Source of the DNA: the human T2T-CHM13v2.0 reference genome, Homo sapiens
Assembly (NCBI RefSeq): GCF_009914755.1
Contig: NC_060931.1
Length of the DNA: 64,000 nt
Strand: one strand, 5' to 3'
Position 1 is the first letter of the stretch. Each line of letters starts with the position of its first letter. The notes below the pieces were generated by a model, which worked only from the letters and a program-made list of their open reading frames with translations, did no database searches and was not told the origin of the DNA. Position numbers and translations under genes: made by a program. Below, one piece after another: positions 36,501 through 51,500 of this stretch.

Positions 36501-39500
36501 AACACACTGTTTGTAAAATCTGCAAGTGGATATATGTACCGCTTTGAGGCATTCCTTGGAAACGGGATTTCTTCATTGAATGCTAGACAGAAGAATTCTC
36601 AGTAAATTCTTTGTGTTGTGTGCATTCAACTCACCGAGTGGAACGTCCCTTTAGACAGAGCAGATTTGAAACACTCTTTTTGCGAAATTTGGAAATGGAG
36701 ATTTCAAGCCATTTGATGCCAACAATAGAAAGGGAAATATCTTCAAATAAAAACTAGACAGAATCATTCTCAGAAAATTCTTTGTGATGTGTGCGTTCAA
36801 CTCACATAGTTTAACCTTTCTTTTCATAGAGCAGTTTGGAAACACTCTGCTTGTAAAGTCTGCAAGTAGATATATGGACCGCTTTGAGGCCTTCGTTGGA
36901 AACGGGATTTCTTCATTTCATGCTAGACAGAAGAATTCTCGGTAACTTCTTTGTGTTGTGTGTATTCAACTCACAGAGTGGAACGTCCCTTTAGACAGAG
37001 CAGATTTGAAACACTCTTTTTGTGGAATTTGCAAGTGGAGATTTCAAGCGATTTGATGCCAGCAGTAGAAAAGGAAATATCTTCAAATAAAAACTAGACA
37101 GAATCATTCTCAGAAACTACTTTGTGATGTGTCCCTTCAACTCACAGAGTTTAACCTTTCTTTTCTTAGAGCAGTTTAGAAACACTCTGCTTCTTATGTC
37201 TGCAAGTGGATATTTGGACCTCTTTGAGGCCTTCGTTGCAAACGGGATTTCTTCCTTTAATGCTAGACTAAGAAGAGTTCTCAGTAACTTTTTTGTGTTG
37301 TGTGTATTCAACTCACAGAGTTGAACCTTGCTTCAGAGAGAGCAGATTTGAAACACTCTTGCTGTGGCATTTTCAGGTGGAGATTTCAAGCGATTTGAGG
37401 ACAATTGCAGAAAAGGAAATATCTTCGTATAATAACCAGACAGAATCATTCTCAGAAAGTGCTTTGTGATGTGTGCGTTCAACTCACAGAGTTTAACCTT
37501 TCTTTTCATAGAGGAGTTTGGAAACACACTGTTTGTAAAGTCTGCAAGTGGATATATGGACCTGTTTGAGGCCTTCGTTGGAAACGGGATTTCTTCATTG
37601 AATGCTAGACGGAAGAATTCTCAGTAAATTCTTTGTGTTGTGTGCATTCAACTCACAGAGTGGAACGTCCCTTTAGACAGAGCAGATTTGAAACACTCTT
37701 TTTGCGGAATTTGCAATTGGAGATTTCTAGCCATTTGATGCCAACGGTAGAAAGGGAAATATCTTCAAATAAAAACTAGACAGAATCATCCTCAGAAAAT
37801 TCTTTGTGATGTGTGCGTTCAACTCACATAGTTTAACCTTTCTTTTCATAGACCAGTTTGGAAACACTCTGTTGGTAATGTCTGCAAGTGGATATATGGA
37901 CCGCTTTGAGGACTTCGTTGGAAACGGAATTTCTTAATTTCATGCTAGACAGAAGAATTCTCAGTAACTTCTTTGTGTTGTGTGTATTCAACTGACAGAT
38001 TGGAATGTCCCATTACACAGAGCAGTTTTGAAACACTCTTTTTGTGGAATTTGAAAGTGGAGAATTCAAGCGATTTGATGCCAAAAGTTGGAAAGGAAAT
38101 ATCTTCAAATAAAAATTAGACAGAATCATTCTCAGAAAATTCTTTGTGATGTGTGCGTTCAGCTCACATAGTTTAACCTTTCTTTTCATAGAGCAGTTTC
38201 GAAACACACTATTTGTAAAATCTGCAAGTGGATATATGTACCGCTTTGAGGCATTCCTTGGAAACGGGATTTCTTCATTGAATGCTAGACAGAAGAATTC
38301 TCAGTAAATTCTTTGTGTTGTGTGCATTCAACTCACCGAGTGGAACGTCCCTTTAGACAGAGCAGATTTGAAACACTCTTTTTGTGGAATTTGCAAGTGG
38401 AGATTTCAAGCGATTTGATGCCAACAGTAGAAAAGGAAATATCTTCAAATAAAAACTAGACAGAATCATTTTCAGAAACTACTTTGTGATGTGTGCCTTC
38501 AACTCACAGAGTTTAACCTTTCTTTTCTTAGAGCAGTTTAAAAACACTGTGCTTGTTATGTCTGCAGGTGGATATTTGGACCTCTTTGTGGCCTTCATTG
38601 CAAACGGGGTTTCTTCATTTAATGCTAGACTAAGAAGAGTTCTCAGTAACTTTTTTGTGTTGTGTGTATTCAACTCACAGAGTTGAACCTTGCTTTAGAG
38701 AGAGCAGATTTGAAACACTCTTGCTGTGGCATTTTCAGGTGGAGATTTCAAGCGATTTGAGGACAACTGCAGAAAAGGAAATATCTTCGTATAATAACCA
38801 GACAGAATCATTCTCAGAAAGTGCTTTGTGATGTGTGCGTTCAACTCACAGAGTTTAACCTTTCTTTTCATAGAGGAGTTTCGAAACACACTGTTTGTAA
38901 AGTCTGCAAGTGGATATATGGACCTGTTTGAGGCCTTCGTTGGAAACGGGATTTTATCATATAATGCTAGACGGAAGAATTCTCAGTAAATTCTTTGTGT
39001 TGTGTGCATTCAACTCACAGAGTGGAACGTCCCTTTAGACAGAGAAGATTTTAAACACTCTTTTTGCGGAATTTGCAAGTGGAGTTTTCTAGCCATTTGA
39101 TGCCAACAGTAGAAAGGGAAATATCTTCAAATAAAAACCAGACAGAATCATTCTCAGAAAATTCTTTGTGATGTGTGCGTTCAACTCACATAGTTTAACC
39201 TTTCTTTTCATAGAGCAGTTTGGAAACACTCTGTTTGTAAAGTCTGCAAGTGGATATATGGACCGCATTGAGGCCTTCGTTGGAAACGGGATTTCTTCAT
39301 TTCATGCTAGACAGAAGAATTCTCAGTAACTTCTTTGTGCTGTGTGTATTCAACTCACAGAGTGCAACGTCCCTTTACACAGAGCAGATTTGAAACACTC
39401 TTTTTGTGGAATTTGCAAGTGGAGATTTCAAGCGATTTGATGCCAACAGTAGAAAAGGAAATATCTTCAAATAAAAACTAGACAGAATCATTCTCAGAAA

Positions 39501-42500
39501 CTACTTTGTGATGTGTGCCTTCAACTCGCAGAGTTTAACCTTTCTTTTCTTAGAGCAGTTTAGAAACACTCTGCTTGTTATGTCTGCAAGTGGATATTTG
39601 GACCTCTTTGAGGCCTTCGTTGCAAACGGGATTTCTTCCTTTAATGCTAGACTAAGAAGAGTTCTCAGTAACTTTTTTGTGTTGTGTGTATTCAACTCAC
39701 AGAGTTGAACCTTGCTTTAGAGAGAGCAGATTTGAAACACTCTTGCTGTGGCATTTTCAGGTGGAGATTTCAAGCGATTTGAGGACCATTGCAGAAAAGG
39801 AAATATCTTCGTATAATAACCAGACAGAATCATTCTCAGAAAGTGCTTTGTGATGTGTGCGTTCAACTCACAGAGTTTAACCTTTCTTTTCATAGAGGAG
39901 TTTGGAAACACACTGTTTGTAAAGTCTGCATGTGGATATATGGACCTGTTTGAGGCCTTCGTTGGAAACGGGATTTCTTCATTGAATGCTAGACGGAAGA
40001 ATTCTCAGTAAATTCTTTGTGTTGTGTGCATTCAACTCACGGAGTGGAACGTCCCTTTAGACTGAGCAGATTTGAAACACTCTTTTTGCAGAATTTGCAA
40101 GTGGAGATTTCTAGCCATTTGATGCCAACGGTAGAAAGGGAAATATCTTCAAATAAAAACTAGACAGAATCATCCTCAGAAAATTCTTTGTGATGTGTGC
40201 GTTCAACTCACATAGTTTAACCTTTCTTTTCATAGACCAGTTTGGAAACACTCTGTTGGTAATGTCTGCAAGTGGATATATGGACCGCTTTGAGGACTTC
40301 GTTGGAAACGGGATTTCTTAATTTCATGCTAGACAGAAGAATTCTCAGTAACTTCTTTGTGTTGTGTGTATTCAACTGACAGATTGGAATGTCCCATTAC
40401 ACAGAGCAGTTTTGAAACACTCTTTTTGTGGAATTTAAAAGTGGAGAATTCAAGCGATTTGATGCCAACAGTTGAAAAGGAAATATCTTCAAATAAAAAC
40501 TAGACAGAATCATTCTCAGAAAATTCTTTGTGATGTGTACGTTCAGCTCACATAGTTTAACCTTTCTTTTCATAGAGCAGTTTCGAAACACACTGTTTGT
40601 ATAATCTGCAAGTGGATATATGTACCGCTTTGAGGCATTCCTTGGAAACGGGATTTCTTCATTGAATGCTAGACAGAAGAATTCTCAGTAAACTCTTTGT
40701 GTTGTGTGCATTCAACTCACCGAGTGGAACGTCCCTTTAGACAGAGCAGATTTGAAACACTCTTTTTGCGAAATTTGGAAGTGGAGATTTCAAGCCATTT
40801 GATGCCAACAATAGAAAGGGAAATATCTTCAAATAAAAACTAGACAGAATCATTCTCAGAAAATTCTTTGTGATGTGTGCGTTCAACTCACATAGTTTAA
40901 CCTTTCTTTTCATAGAGCAGTTTGGAAACACTCTGTTTGTAAAGTCTGCAAGTGCATATTTGGACCTCTTTGAGGCCTTCATTGGATATGGGATTTTTTC
41001 ATATATTGCTAGACGGAAGAATTCGATTTGATGCCAACAGTATAAAAGGAAATATCTTCAAATAAAAACTAGACAGAATCATTCTCAGAAAATTCTTTGT
41101 GATGTGTGCGTTTAGCTCACATAGTTTAACCTTTGTTTTCATAGAGCAGTTTGGAAACACACTGTTTGTAAAATCTGCAAGTGGATAAAAGGACCGCTTT
41201 GAGGCATTCGTTGGAAACGGGATTTCTTCATTTAATGCTAGTCAGAAGAATTCTCAGTAAATTCTTTGTGTTGTGTGCATTCAACTCACCGAGTGGAACG
41301 TCCCTTTAGACAGAGCAGATTTGAAAACCTCTTTTTGCGGAATTTGCAAGTGGAGATTTCAAGCCATTTGATGCCAACCGTAGAAAGGGAAATATCTTCA
41401 AATAAAAACTAGACAGAAAAATTCTCAGAAAATTCTTTGTGATGTGTGCATTCAACTCGCATAGTTTAACCTTTCCTTTCATAGAGCAGTTTAGAAACAC
41501 TCTGTTTGTAATGTCTGCAAGTGGATACATGGACCTCTTTGAGGACTTCGTTGGAAACGGGATTTCTTCATTTTATGCTAGACAGAAGAATTCTCAGTAA
41601 CTTACTTGTGTTGTGTTTATTCAACTCACAGAGTGGAACGTCCCTTTACACAGAGCAGATATGAAACACTCTTTTTCTGGAATTTGCAAGTGGAGATTTC
41701 AAGCGATTTGATGCCAACAGTAGAAAAGGAAATATCTTCAAATAAAACCTAGACAGAATCATTCTCAGAAACTACTTTGTGATGTGTGCCTTCAACTCAC
41801 AGTGTTTAACCCTTCTTTTCTTAGAGCAGTTTAGAAACACTCTGCTTGTAATGTCTGCAAGTGGATATTTGGACCTCTTTGAGGCCTTCGTTGCAAACGG
41901 GATTTCTTCATTTCATGCTAGACTAAGAAGAGTTCTCAGTAACTGTTTTGTGTTGTGTGTATTCAACTCACAGTGTTGAACCTTTCTATAGAGAGAGCAG
42001 ATTTGAAACACTCTTGCTGTGCAATTTTCAGTTGGAGATTTCAAGCGATTTGAGGACAATTGCAGAAAAGGAAATATCTTCGTATAAAAACCAGAGAGAA
42101 TCATTCTCAGCAAGTGCTTTCTTATGTGTGCGTTCAACTCACAGAGTTTAACCTTCCTTTTCATAGAGCAGTTTGGAAACACACTGTTTGTTATGTCTGT
42201 AAGTGGATATTTGGACCTGTTTGAGGCCTTCTTTGGAAACGGGCTTTTTTCATATAATGCTAGATGGAAGAATTCTCAGTAAATTCTTTGTGTTGTCTGC
42301 ATTCAACTCACAGAGTGGAACGTCCTTTTAGACAGAGCAGATTTGAAACACTCTTTGTCTGGAATTTGCAAATGGAGATTTCAAGCGATTTGATGACAAC
42401 AGTAGAAAAGGAAATATCTTCAAATAAAAACCAGACAGAATCATTCTCAGAAAGTGCTTTGTGATGTGTGCGTTCAACTCACAGAGTTTAACCTTTCTTT

Positions 42501-45500
42501 TCATAGAGGAGTTTGGAAACACACTGTTTGTAAAGTCTGCAAGTGGATATATGGACCTGTTTGAGGCCTTCGTTGGAAACGGGATTTCTTCATTGAATGC
42601 TAGACGGAAGAATTCTCAGTAAATTCTTTGTGTTGTGTGCATTCAACTCACAGAGTGGAACGTCCCTTTAGACAGAGCAGATTTGAAACACTCTTTTTGC
42701 GAAATTTGCAAGTGGAGATTTCTAGCCATTTGATGCCAACGGTAGAAAGGGAAATATCTTCAAATAAAAACTAGACAGAATCATCCTCAGAAAATTCTTT
42801 GTGATGTGTGCGTTCAACTCACATAGTTTAACCTTTCTTTTCATAGACCAGTCTGGAAACACTCTGTTGGTAATGTCTGCAAGTGGATATATGGACCGCT
42901 TTGAGGACTTCGTTGGAAACGGGATTTCTTAATTTCATGCTAGACAGAAGAATTCTCAGTAACTTCTTTGTGTTGTGTGTATTCAACTGACAGATTGGAA
43001 TGTCCCATTACATAGAGCAGTTTTGAAACACTCTTTTTGTGGAATTTAAAAGTGGAGAATTCAAGCGATTTGATGCCAACAGTTGAAAAGGAAATATCTT
43101 CAAATAAAAACTAGACAGAATCATTCTCAGAAAATACTTTGTGATGTGTGCGTTCAGCTCACATAGTTTAACCTTTCTTTTCATAGAGCAGTTTCGAAAC
43201 ACACTGTTTGTAAAATCTGCAAGTGGATAAAAGTACCGCTATGAGGCATTCCTTGGAAACGGGATTTCTTCATTGAATGCTAGACAGAAGAATTCTCAGT
43301 AAATTCTTTGTGTTGTGTGCATTCAACTCACCGAGTGGAACGTCCCTTTAGACAGAGCAGATTTGAAACACTCTTTTTGCGAAATTTGGAAATGGAGATT
43401 TCAAGCCATTTGATGCCAACAATAGAAAGGGAAATATCTTCAAATAAAAACTAGACAGAATCATTCTCAGAAAATTCTTTGTGATGTGTGCGTTCAACTC
43501 ACATAGTTTAACCTTTCTTTTCATAGAGAAGTTTGGAAACACTCTGCTTGTAAAGTCTGCAAGTAGATATATGGACCGCTTTGAGGCCTACTTTGGAAAC
43601 GGGATTTCTTCATTTCATGCTAGACAGAAGAATTCTCAGTAACTTCTTTGTGTTGTGTGTATTCAACTCACAGAGTGGAACGTCCCTTTAGACAGAGCAG
43701 ATTTGAAACACTCTTTTTGTGGAATTTGCAAGTGGAGATTTCAAGCGATTTGATGCCAGCAGTAGAAAAGGAAATATCTTCAAATAAAAACTAGACAGAA
43801 TCATTCTCAGAAACTACTTTGTGATGTGTGCCTTCAACTCACAGAGTTTAACCTTTCTTTTCTTAGAGCAGTTTAGAAACACTCTGCTTCTTATGTCTGC
43901 AAGTGGATATTTGGACCTCTTTGAGGCCTTCGTTGCAAACGGGATTTCTTCCTTTCATGCTAGACTAAGAAGAGTTCTCAGTAACTTTTTTGTGTTGTGT
44001 GTATTCAACTCACAGAGTTGAACCTTGCTTAAGAGAGAGCAGATTTGAAACACTCTTGCTGTGGCATTTTCAGGTGGAGATTTCAAGCGATTTGAGGACA
44101 ATTGCAGAAAATGAAATATCTTCGTATAAAAACCAGACAGAATCATTCTCAGAAAGTGCTTTGTGATGTGTGCGTTGAAAACACAGAGTTTAGCCTTTCT
44201 TTTCATAGAGCAGTTTGGAAAAACTCTGTTTGTAAAGTCTGCAAGTGGATATATGGACCGCTTTGAGACCTTCGTTGGCAACGGGATTTCTTCGTTTAAT
44301 GCTAGACAGAAGAATTCTCAGTAACTTCTTTGAGTTGTGTGTATTCAACTCACAGAGTTGAACCTTGCTTTAGAGAGAGCAGATTTGATATACTCTTGCT
44401 GTGGAATTTTCAGGTGGAAATTTCAAGCGATTTGAGGACAATTGCAGAAAAGCAAATATCTTCGTATAAAAACCAGACAGAATCATTCTCAGAAAGTGCT
44501 TTGTGATGTGTGCGTTCAACTCACAGAGTTTAACCTTTCTTTTCATAGAGCAGTTTGGAAACACACTGTTTGTAAAATCTGCAAGTGCATATTTGGACCT
44601 CTTTGAGGCCTTCATTGGATATGGGATTTTTTCATATATTGCTAGACGGAAGAATTCGATTTGATGCCAACAGTATAAAAGGAAATATCTTCAAATAAAA
44701 ACTAGACAGAATCATTCTCAGAAAATTCTTTGTGATGTGTGCGTTTAGCTCACATAGTTTAACCTTTGTTTTCATAGAGCAGTTTGGAAACACACTGTTT
44801 GTAAAATCTGCAAGTGGATAAAAGGACCGCTTTGAGGCATTCGTTGGAAACGGGATTTCTTCATTTAATGCTAGTCAGAAGAATTCTCAGTAAATTCTTT
44901 GTGTTGTGTGCATTCAACTCACCGAGTGGAACGTCCCTTTAGACAGAGCAGATTTGAAAACCTCTTTTTGCGGAATTTGCAAGTGGAGATTTCTAGCCAT
45001 TTGATGCCAACCGTAGAAAGGGAAATATCTTCAAATAAAAACTAGACAGAAAAATTCTCAGAAAATTCTTTGTGATGTGTGCGTTCAACTCGCATAGTTT
45101 AACCTTTCCTTTCATAGAGCAGTTTAGAAACACTCTGTTTGTAATGTCTGCAAGTGGATATTTGGACCTCTTTGAGGCCTTCGTTGCAAACGGGATTTCT
45201 TCATTTCATGCTAGACTAAGAAGAGTTCTCAGTAACTGTTTTGTGTTGTGTGTATTCAACTCACAGTGTTGAACCTTTCTATAGAGAGAGCAGATTTGAA
45301 ACACTCTTGCTGTGCAATTTTCAGGTGGAGATTTCAAGCGATTAGAGGACAATTGCAGAAAAGGAAATATCTTCGTATAAAAACCAGAGAGAATCATTCT
45401 CAGAAAGTGCTTTCTTATGTGTGCGTTCAACTCACAGAGTTTAACCTTCCTTTTCATAGAGCAGTTTGGAAACACACTGTTTGTTATGTCTGTAAGTGGA

Positions 45501-48500
45501 TATTTGGACCTGTTTGAGGCCTTCTTTGGAAACGGGCTTTTTTCATATAATGCTAGATGGAAGAATTCTCAGTAAATTCTTTGTGTTGTCTGCATTCAAC
45601 TCACAGAGTGGAACGTCCTTTTAGACAGAGCAGATTTGAAACACTCTTTGTCTGGAATTTGCAAATGGAGATTTCAAGCGATTTGATGACAACAGTAGAA
45701 AAGGAAATATCTTCAAATAAAAACCAGACAGAATCATTCTCAGAAAGTGCTTTGTGATGTGTGCGTTCAACTCACAGAGTTTAACCTTTCTTTTCATAGA
45801 GGAGTTTGGAAACACACTGTTTGTAAAGTCTGCAAGTGGATATATGGACCTGTTTGAGGCCTCCGTTGGAAACGGGATTTCTTCATTGAATGCTAGACGG
45901 AAGAATTCTCAGTAAATTCTTTGTGTTGTGTGCATTCAACTCACAGAGTGGAACGTCCCTTTAGACAGAGCAGATTTGAAACACTCTTTTTGCGGAATTT
46001 GCAAGTGGAGATTTCTAGCCATTTGATGCCAACGGTAGAAAGGGAAATATCTTCAAATAAAAACTAGACAGAATCATCCTCAGAAAATTCTTTGTGATGT
46101 GTGCGTTCAACTCACATAGTTTAACCTTTCTTTTCATAGACCAGTCTGGAAACACTCTGTTGGTAATGTCTGCAAGTGGATATATGGACCGCTTTGAGGC
46201 CTTCGTTGGAAACGGGATTTCTTAATTTCATGCTAGACAGAAGAATTCTCAGTAACTTTTTTGTGTTGTGTGTATTCAACTGACAGATTGGAATGTCCCA
46301 TTACATAGAGCAGTTTTGAAACACTCTTTTTGTGGAATTTAAAAGTGGAGAATTCAAGCGATTTGATGCCAACTGTTGAAAAGGAAATATCTTCAAATAA
46401 AAACTAGACAGAATCATTCTCAGAAAATTCTTTGTGATGTGTGCGTTCAGCTCACATAGTTTAACCTTTCTTTTCATAGAGCAGTTTCGAAACACACTGT
46501 TTGTAAAATCTGCAAGTGGATATATGTACCGCTTTGAGGCATTCCTTGGAAACGGGATTTCTTCATTGAATGCTAGACAGAAGAATTCTCAGTAAATTCT
46601 TTGTGTTGTGTGCATTCAACTCACCGAGTGGAACGTCCCTTTAGACAGAGCAGATTTGAAACACTCTTTTTGCGAAATTTGGAAATGGAGATTTCAAGCC
46701 ATTTGATGCCAACAATAGAAAGGGAAATATCTTCAAATAAAAATTAGACAGAATCATTCTCAGAAAATTCTTTGTGATGTGTGCGTTCAACTCACATAGT
46801 TTAACCTTTCTTTTCATAGAGCAGTTTGGAAAAACTCTGTTTGTAAAGTCTGCAAGTGGATATATGGACCGCTTTGAGACCTTCGTTGGCAACGGGATTT
46901 CTTCGTTTAATGCTAGACAGAAGAATTCTCAGTAACTTCTTTGAGTTTTGTGTATTCAACTCACAGAGTTGAACCTTGCTTTAGAGAGAGCAGATTTGAT
47001 ATACTCTTGCTGTGGAATTTTCAGGTGGAAATTTCAAGCGATTTGAGGACAATTGCAGAAAAGCAAATATCTTCGTATAAAAACCAGACAGAATCATTCT
47101 CAGAAAGTGCTTTGTGATGTGTGCGTTCAACTCACAGAGTTTAACCTTTCTTTTCATAGAGGAGTTTGGAAACACACTGTTTGTAAAATCTGCAAGTGCA
47201 TATTTGGACCTCTTTGAGGCCTTCATTGGATATGGGATTTTTTCATATATTGCTAGACGGAAGAATTCGATTTGATGCCAACAGTATAAAAGGAAATATC
47301 TTCAAATAAAAACTAGACAGAATCCTTCTCAGAAAATTCTTTGTGATGTGTGCGTTTAGCTCACATAGTTTAACCTTTGTTTTCATAGAGCAGTTTGGAA
47401 ACACACTGTTTGAAAAATCTGCAAGTGGATAAAAGGACCGCTTTGAGGCATTCGTTGGAAACGGGATTTCTTCATTTAATGCTAGTCAGAAGAATTCTCA
47501 GTAAATTCTTTGTGTTGTGTGCATTCAACTCACCGAGTGGAACGTCCCTTTAGACAGAGCAGATTTGGAAACCTCTTTTTGCGGAATTTGCAAGTGGAGA
47601 TTTCTAGCCATTTGATGCCAACCGTAGAAAGGGAAATATCTTCAAATAAAAACTAGACAGAAAAATTCTCAGAAAATTCTTTGTGATGTGTGCGTTCAAC
47701 TCGCATAGTTTAACCTTTCCTTTCATAGAGCAGTTTAGAAACACTCTGTTTGTAATGTCTGCAAGTGGATACATGGACCTCTTTGAGGACTTCGTTGGAA
47801 ACGGGATTTCTTCATTTTATGCTAGACAGAAGAATTCTCAGTAACTTACTTGTGTTGTGTTTATTCAACTCACAGAGTGGAACGTCCCTTTACACAGAGC
47901 AGATATGAAACACTCTTTTTCTGGAATTTGCAAGTGGAGATTTCAAGCGATTTGATGCCAACAGTAGAAAAGGAAATATCTTCAAATAAAACCTAGACAG
48001 AATCATTCTCAGAAACTACTTCGTGATGTGTGCCTTCAACTCACAGTGTTTAACCCTTCTTTTCTTAGAGCAGTTTAGAAACACTCTGCTTGTAATGTCT
48101 GCAAGTGGATATTTGGACCTCTTTGAGGCCTTCGTTGCAAACGGGATTTCTTCATTTCATGCTAGACTAAGAAGAGTTCTCAGTAACTGTTTTGTGTTGT
48201 GTGTATTCAACTCACAGTGTTGAACCTTTCTATAGAGAGAGCAGATTTGAAACACTCTTGCTGTGCAATTTTCAGGTGGAGATTTCAAGCGATTTGAGGA
48301 CAATTGCAGAAAAGGAAATATCTTCGTATAAAAACCAGAGAGAATCATTCTCAGCAAGTGCTTTCTTATGTGTGCGTTCAACTCACAGAGTTTAACCTTC
48401 CTTTTCATAGAGCAGTTTGGAAACACACTGTTTGTTATGTCTGTAAGTGGATATTTGGACCTGTTTGAGGCCTTCTTTGGAAACGGGCTTTTTTCATATA

Positions 48501-51500
48501 ATGCTAGATGGAAGAATTCTCAGTAAATTCTTTGTGTTGTCTGCATTCAACTCACAGAGTGGAACGTCCTTTTAGACAGAGCAGATTTGAAACACTCTTT
48601 GTCTGGAATTTGCAAATGGAGATTTCAAGCGATTTGATGACAACAGTAGAAAAGGAAATATCTTCAAATAAAAACCAGACAGAATCATTCTCAGAAAGTG
48701 CTTTGTGATGTGTGCGTTCAACTCACAGAGTTTAACCTTTCTTTTCATAGAGGAGTTTGGAAACACACTGTTTGTAAAGTCTGCAAGTGGATATATGGAC
48801 CTGTTTGAGGCCTTCGTTGGAAACGGGATTTCTTCATTGAATGCTAGACGGAAGAATTCTCAGTAAATTCTTTGTGTTGTGTGCATTCAACTCCCAGAGT
48901 GGAACGTCCCTTTAGACAGAGCAGATTTGAAACACTCTTTTTGCGGAATTTGCAAATGGAGATTTCTAGCCATTTGATGCCAACGGTAGAAAGGGAAATA
49001 TCTTCAAATAAAAACTAGACAGAATCATCCTCAGAAAATTCTTTGTGATGTGTGCGTTCAACTCACATAGTTTAACCTTTCTTTTCATAGACCAGTTTGG
49101 AAACGCTCTGTTGGTAATGTCTGCAAGTGGATATATGGACCGCTTTGAGGACTTCGTTGGAAACGGGATTTCTTAATTTCATGCTAGACAGAAGAATTCT
49201 CAGTAACTTCTTTGTGTTGTGTGTATTCAACTGACAGATTGGAATGTCCCATTACATAGAGCAGTTTTGAAACACTCTTTTTGTGGAATTTAAAAGTGGA
49301 GAATTCAAGCGATTTGATGCCAACAGTTGAAAAGGAAATATCTTCAAATAAAAACTAGACAGAATCATTCTCAGAAAATTCTTTGTGATGTGTGCGTTCA
49401 GCTCACATAGTTTAACCTTTCTTTTCATAGAGCAGTTTCGAAACACACTGTTTGTAAAATCTGCAAGTGGATATATGTACCGCTTTGAGGCATTCCTTGG
49501 AAACGGGATTTCTTCATTGAATGCTAGACAGAAGAATTCTCAGTAAATTCTTTGTGTTGTGTGCATTCAACTCACCGAGTGGAACGTCCCTTTAGACAGA
49601 GCAGATTTGAAACACTCTTTTTGCGAAATTTGGAAATGGAGATTTCAAGCCATTTGATGCCAACAATAGAAAGGGAAATATCTTCAAATAAAAACTAGAC
49701 AGAATCATTCTCAGAAAATTCTTTGTGATGTGTGCGTTCAACTCACATAGTTTAACCTTTCTTTTCATAGAGCAGTTTGGAAACACTCTGCTTGTAAAGT
49801 CTGCAAGTAGATATATGGACCGCTTTGAGGCCTTCGTTGGAAACGGGATTTCTTCATTTCATGCTAGACAGAAGAATTCTCAGTAACTTCTTTGTGCTGT
49901 GTGTATTCAACTCACAGAGTGGAACGTCCCTTTAGACAGAGCAGATTTGAAACACTCTTTTTGTGGAGTTTGCAAGTGGAGATTTCAAGCGATTTGATGC
50001 CAGCAGTAGAAAAGGAAATATCTTCAAATAAAAACTAGACAGAATCATTCTCAGAAACTACTTTGTGATGTGTGCCTTCAACTCACAGAGTTTAACCTTT
50101 CTTTTCTTAGAGCAGTTTAGAAACACTCTGCTTCTTATGTCTGCAAGTGGATATTTGGACCTCTTTGAGGCCTTCGTTGCAAACGGGATTTCTTCCTTTA
50201 ATGCTAGACTAAGAAGAGTTCTCAGTAACTTTTTTGTGTTGTGTGTATTCAACTCACAGAGATGAACCTTGCTTTAGAGAGAGCAGATTTGAAACACTCT
50301 TGCTGTGGCATTTTCAGGTGGAGATTTCAAGCGATTTGAGGACAATTGCAGAAAAGGAAATATCTTCGTATAATAACCAGAGAGAATCATTCTCAGAAAG
50401 TGCTTTGTGATGTGTGCGTTCAACTCACAGAGTTTAACCTTTCTTTTCATAGAGGAGTTTGGAAACACACTGTTTGTAAAGTCTGCAAGTGGATATATGG
50501 ACCTGTTTGAGGCCTTCGTTGGAAACGGGATTTCTTCATTGAATGCTAGACGGAAGAATTCTCAGTAAATTCTTTGTGTTGTGTGCATTCAACTCACAGA
50601 GTGGAACGTCCCTTTAGACAGAGCAGATTTGAAACACTCTTTTTGCGGAATTTGCAATTGGAGATTTCTAGCCATTTGATGCCAACGGTAGAAAGGGAAA
50701 TATCTTCAAATAAAAACTAGACAGAATCATCCTCAGAAAATTCTTTGTGATGTGTGCGTTCAACTCACATAGTTTAACCTTTCTTTTCATAGACCAGTTT
50801 GGAAACACTCTGTTGGTAATGTCTGCAAGTGGATATATGGACCGCTTTGAGGACTTCGTTGGAAACGGAATTTCTTAATTTCATGCTAGACAGAAGAATT
50901 CTCAGTAACTTCTTTGTGTTGTGTGTATTCAACTGACAGATTGGAATGTCCCATTACACAGAGCAGTTTTGAAACACTCTTTTTGTGGAATTTAAAAGTG
51001 GAGAATTCAAGCGATTTGATGCCAAAAGTTGGAAAGGAAATATCTTCAAATAAAAATTAGACAGAATCATTCTCAGAAAATTCTTTGTGATGTGTGCATT
51101 CAGCTCACATAGTTTAACCTTTCTTTTCATAGAGCAGTTTCGAAACACACTGTTTGTAAAATCTGCAAGTGGATATATGTACCGCTTTGAGGCATTCCTT
51201 GGAAACGGGATTTCTTCATTGAATGCTAGACAGAAGAATTCTCAGTAAATTCTTTGTGTTGTGTGCATTCAACTCACCGAGTGGAACGTCCCTTTAGACA
51301 GAGCAGATTTGAAACAGTCTTTTTGCGAAATTTGGAAGTGGAGATTTCAAGCCATTTGATGCCAACAATAGAAAGGGAAATATCTTCAAATAAAAACTAG
51401 ACAGAATCATTCTCAGAAAATTCTTTGTGATGTGTGCGCTCAACTCACATAGTTTAACCTTTCTTTTCATAGAGCAGTTTGGAAACACTCTGTTTGTAAA

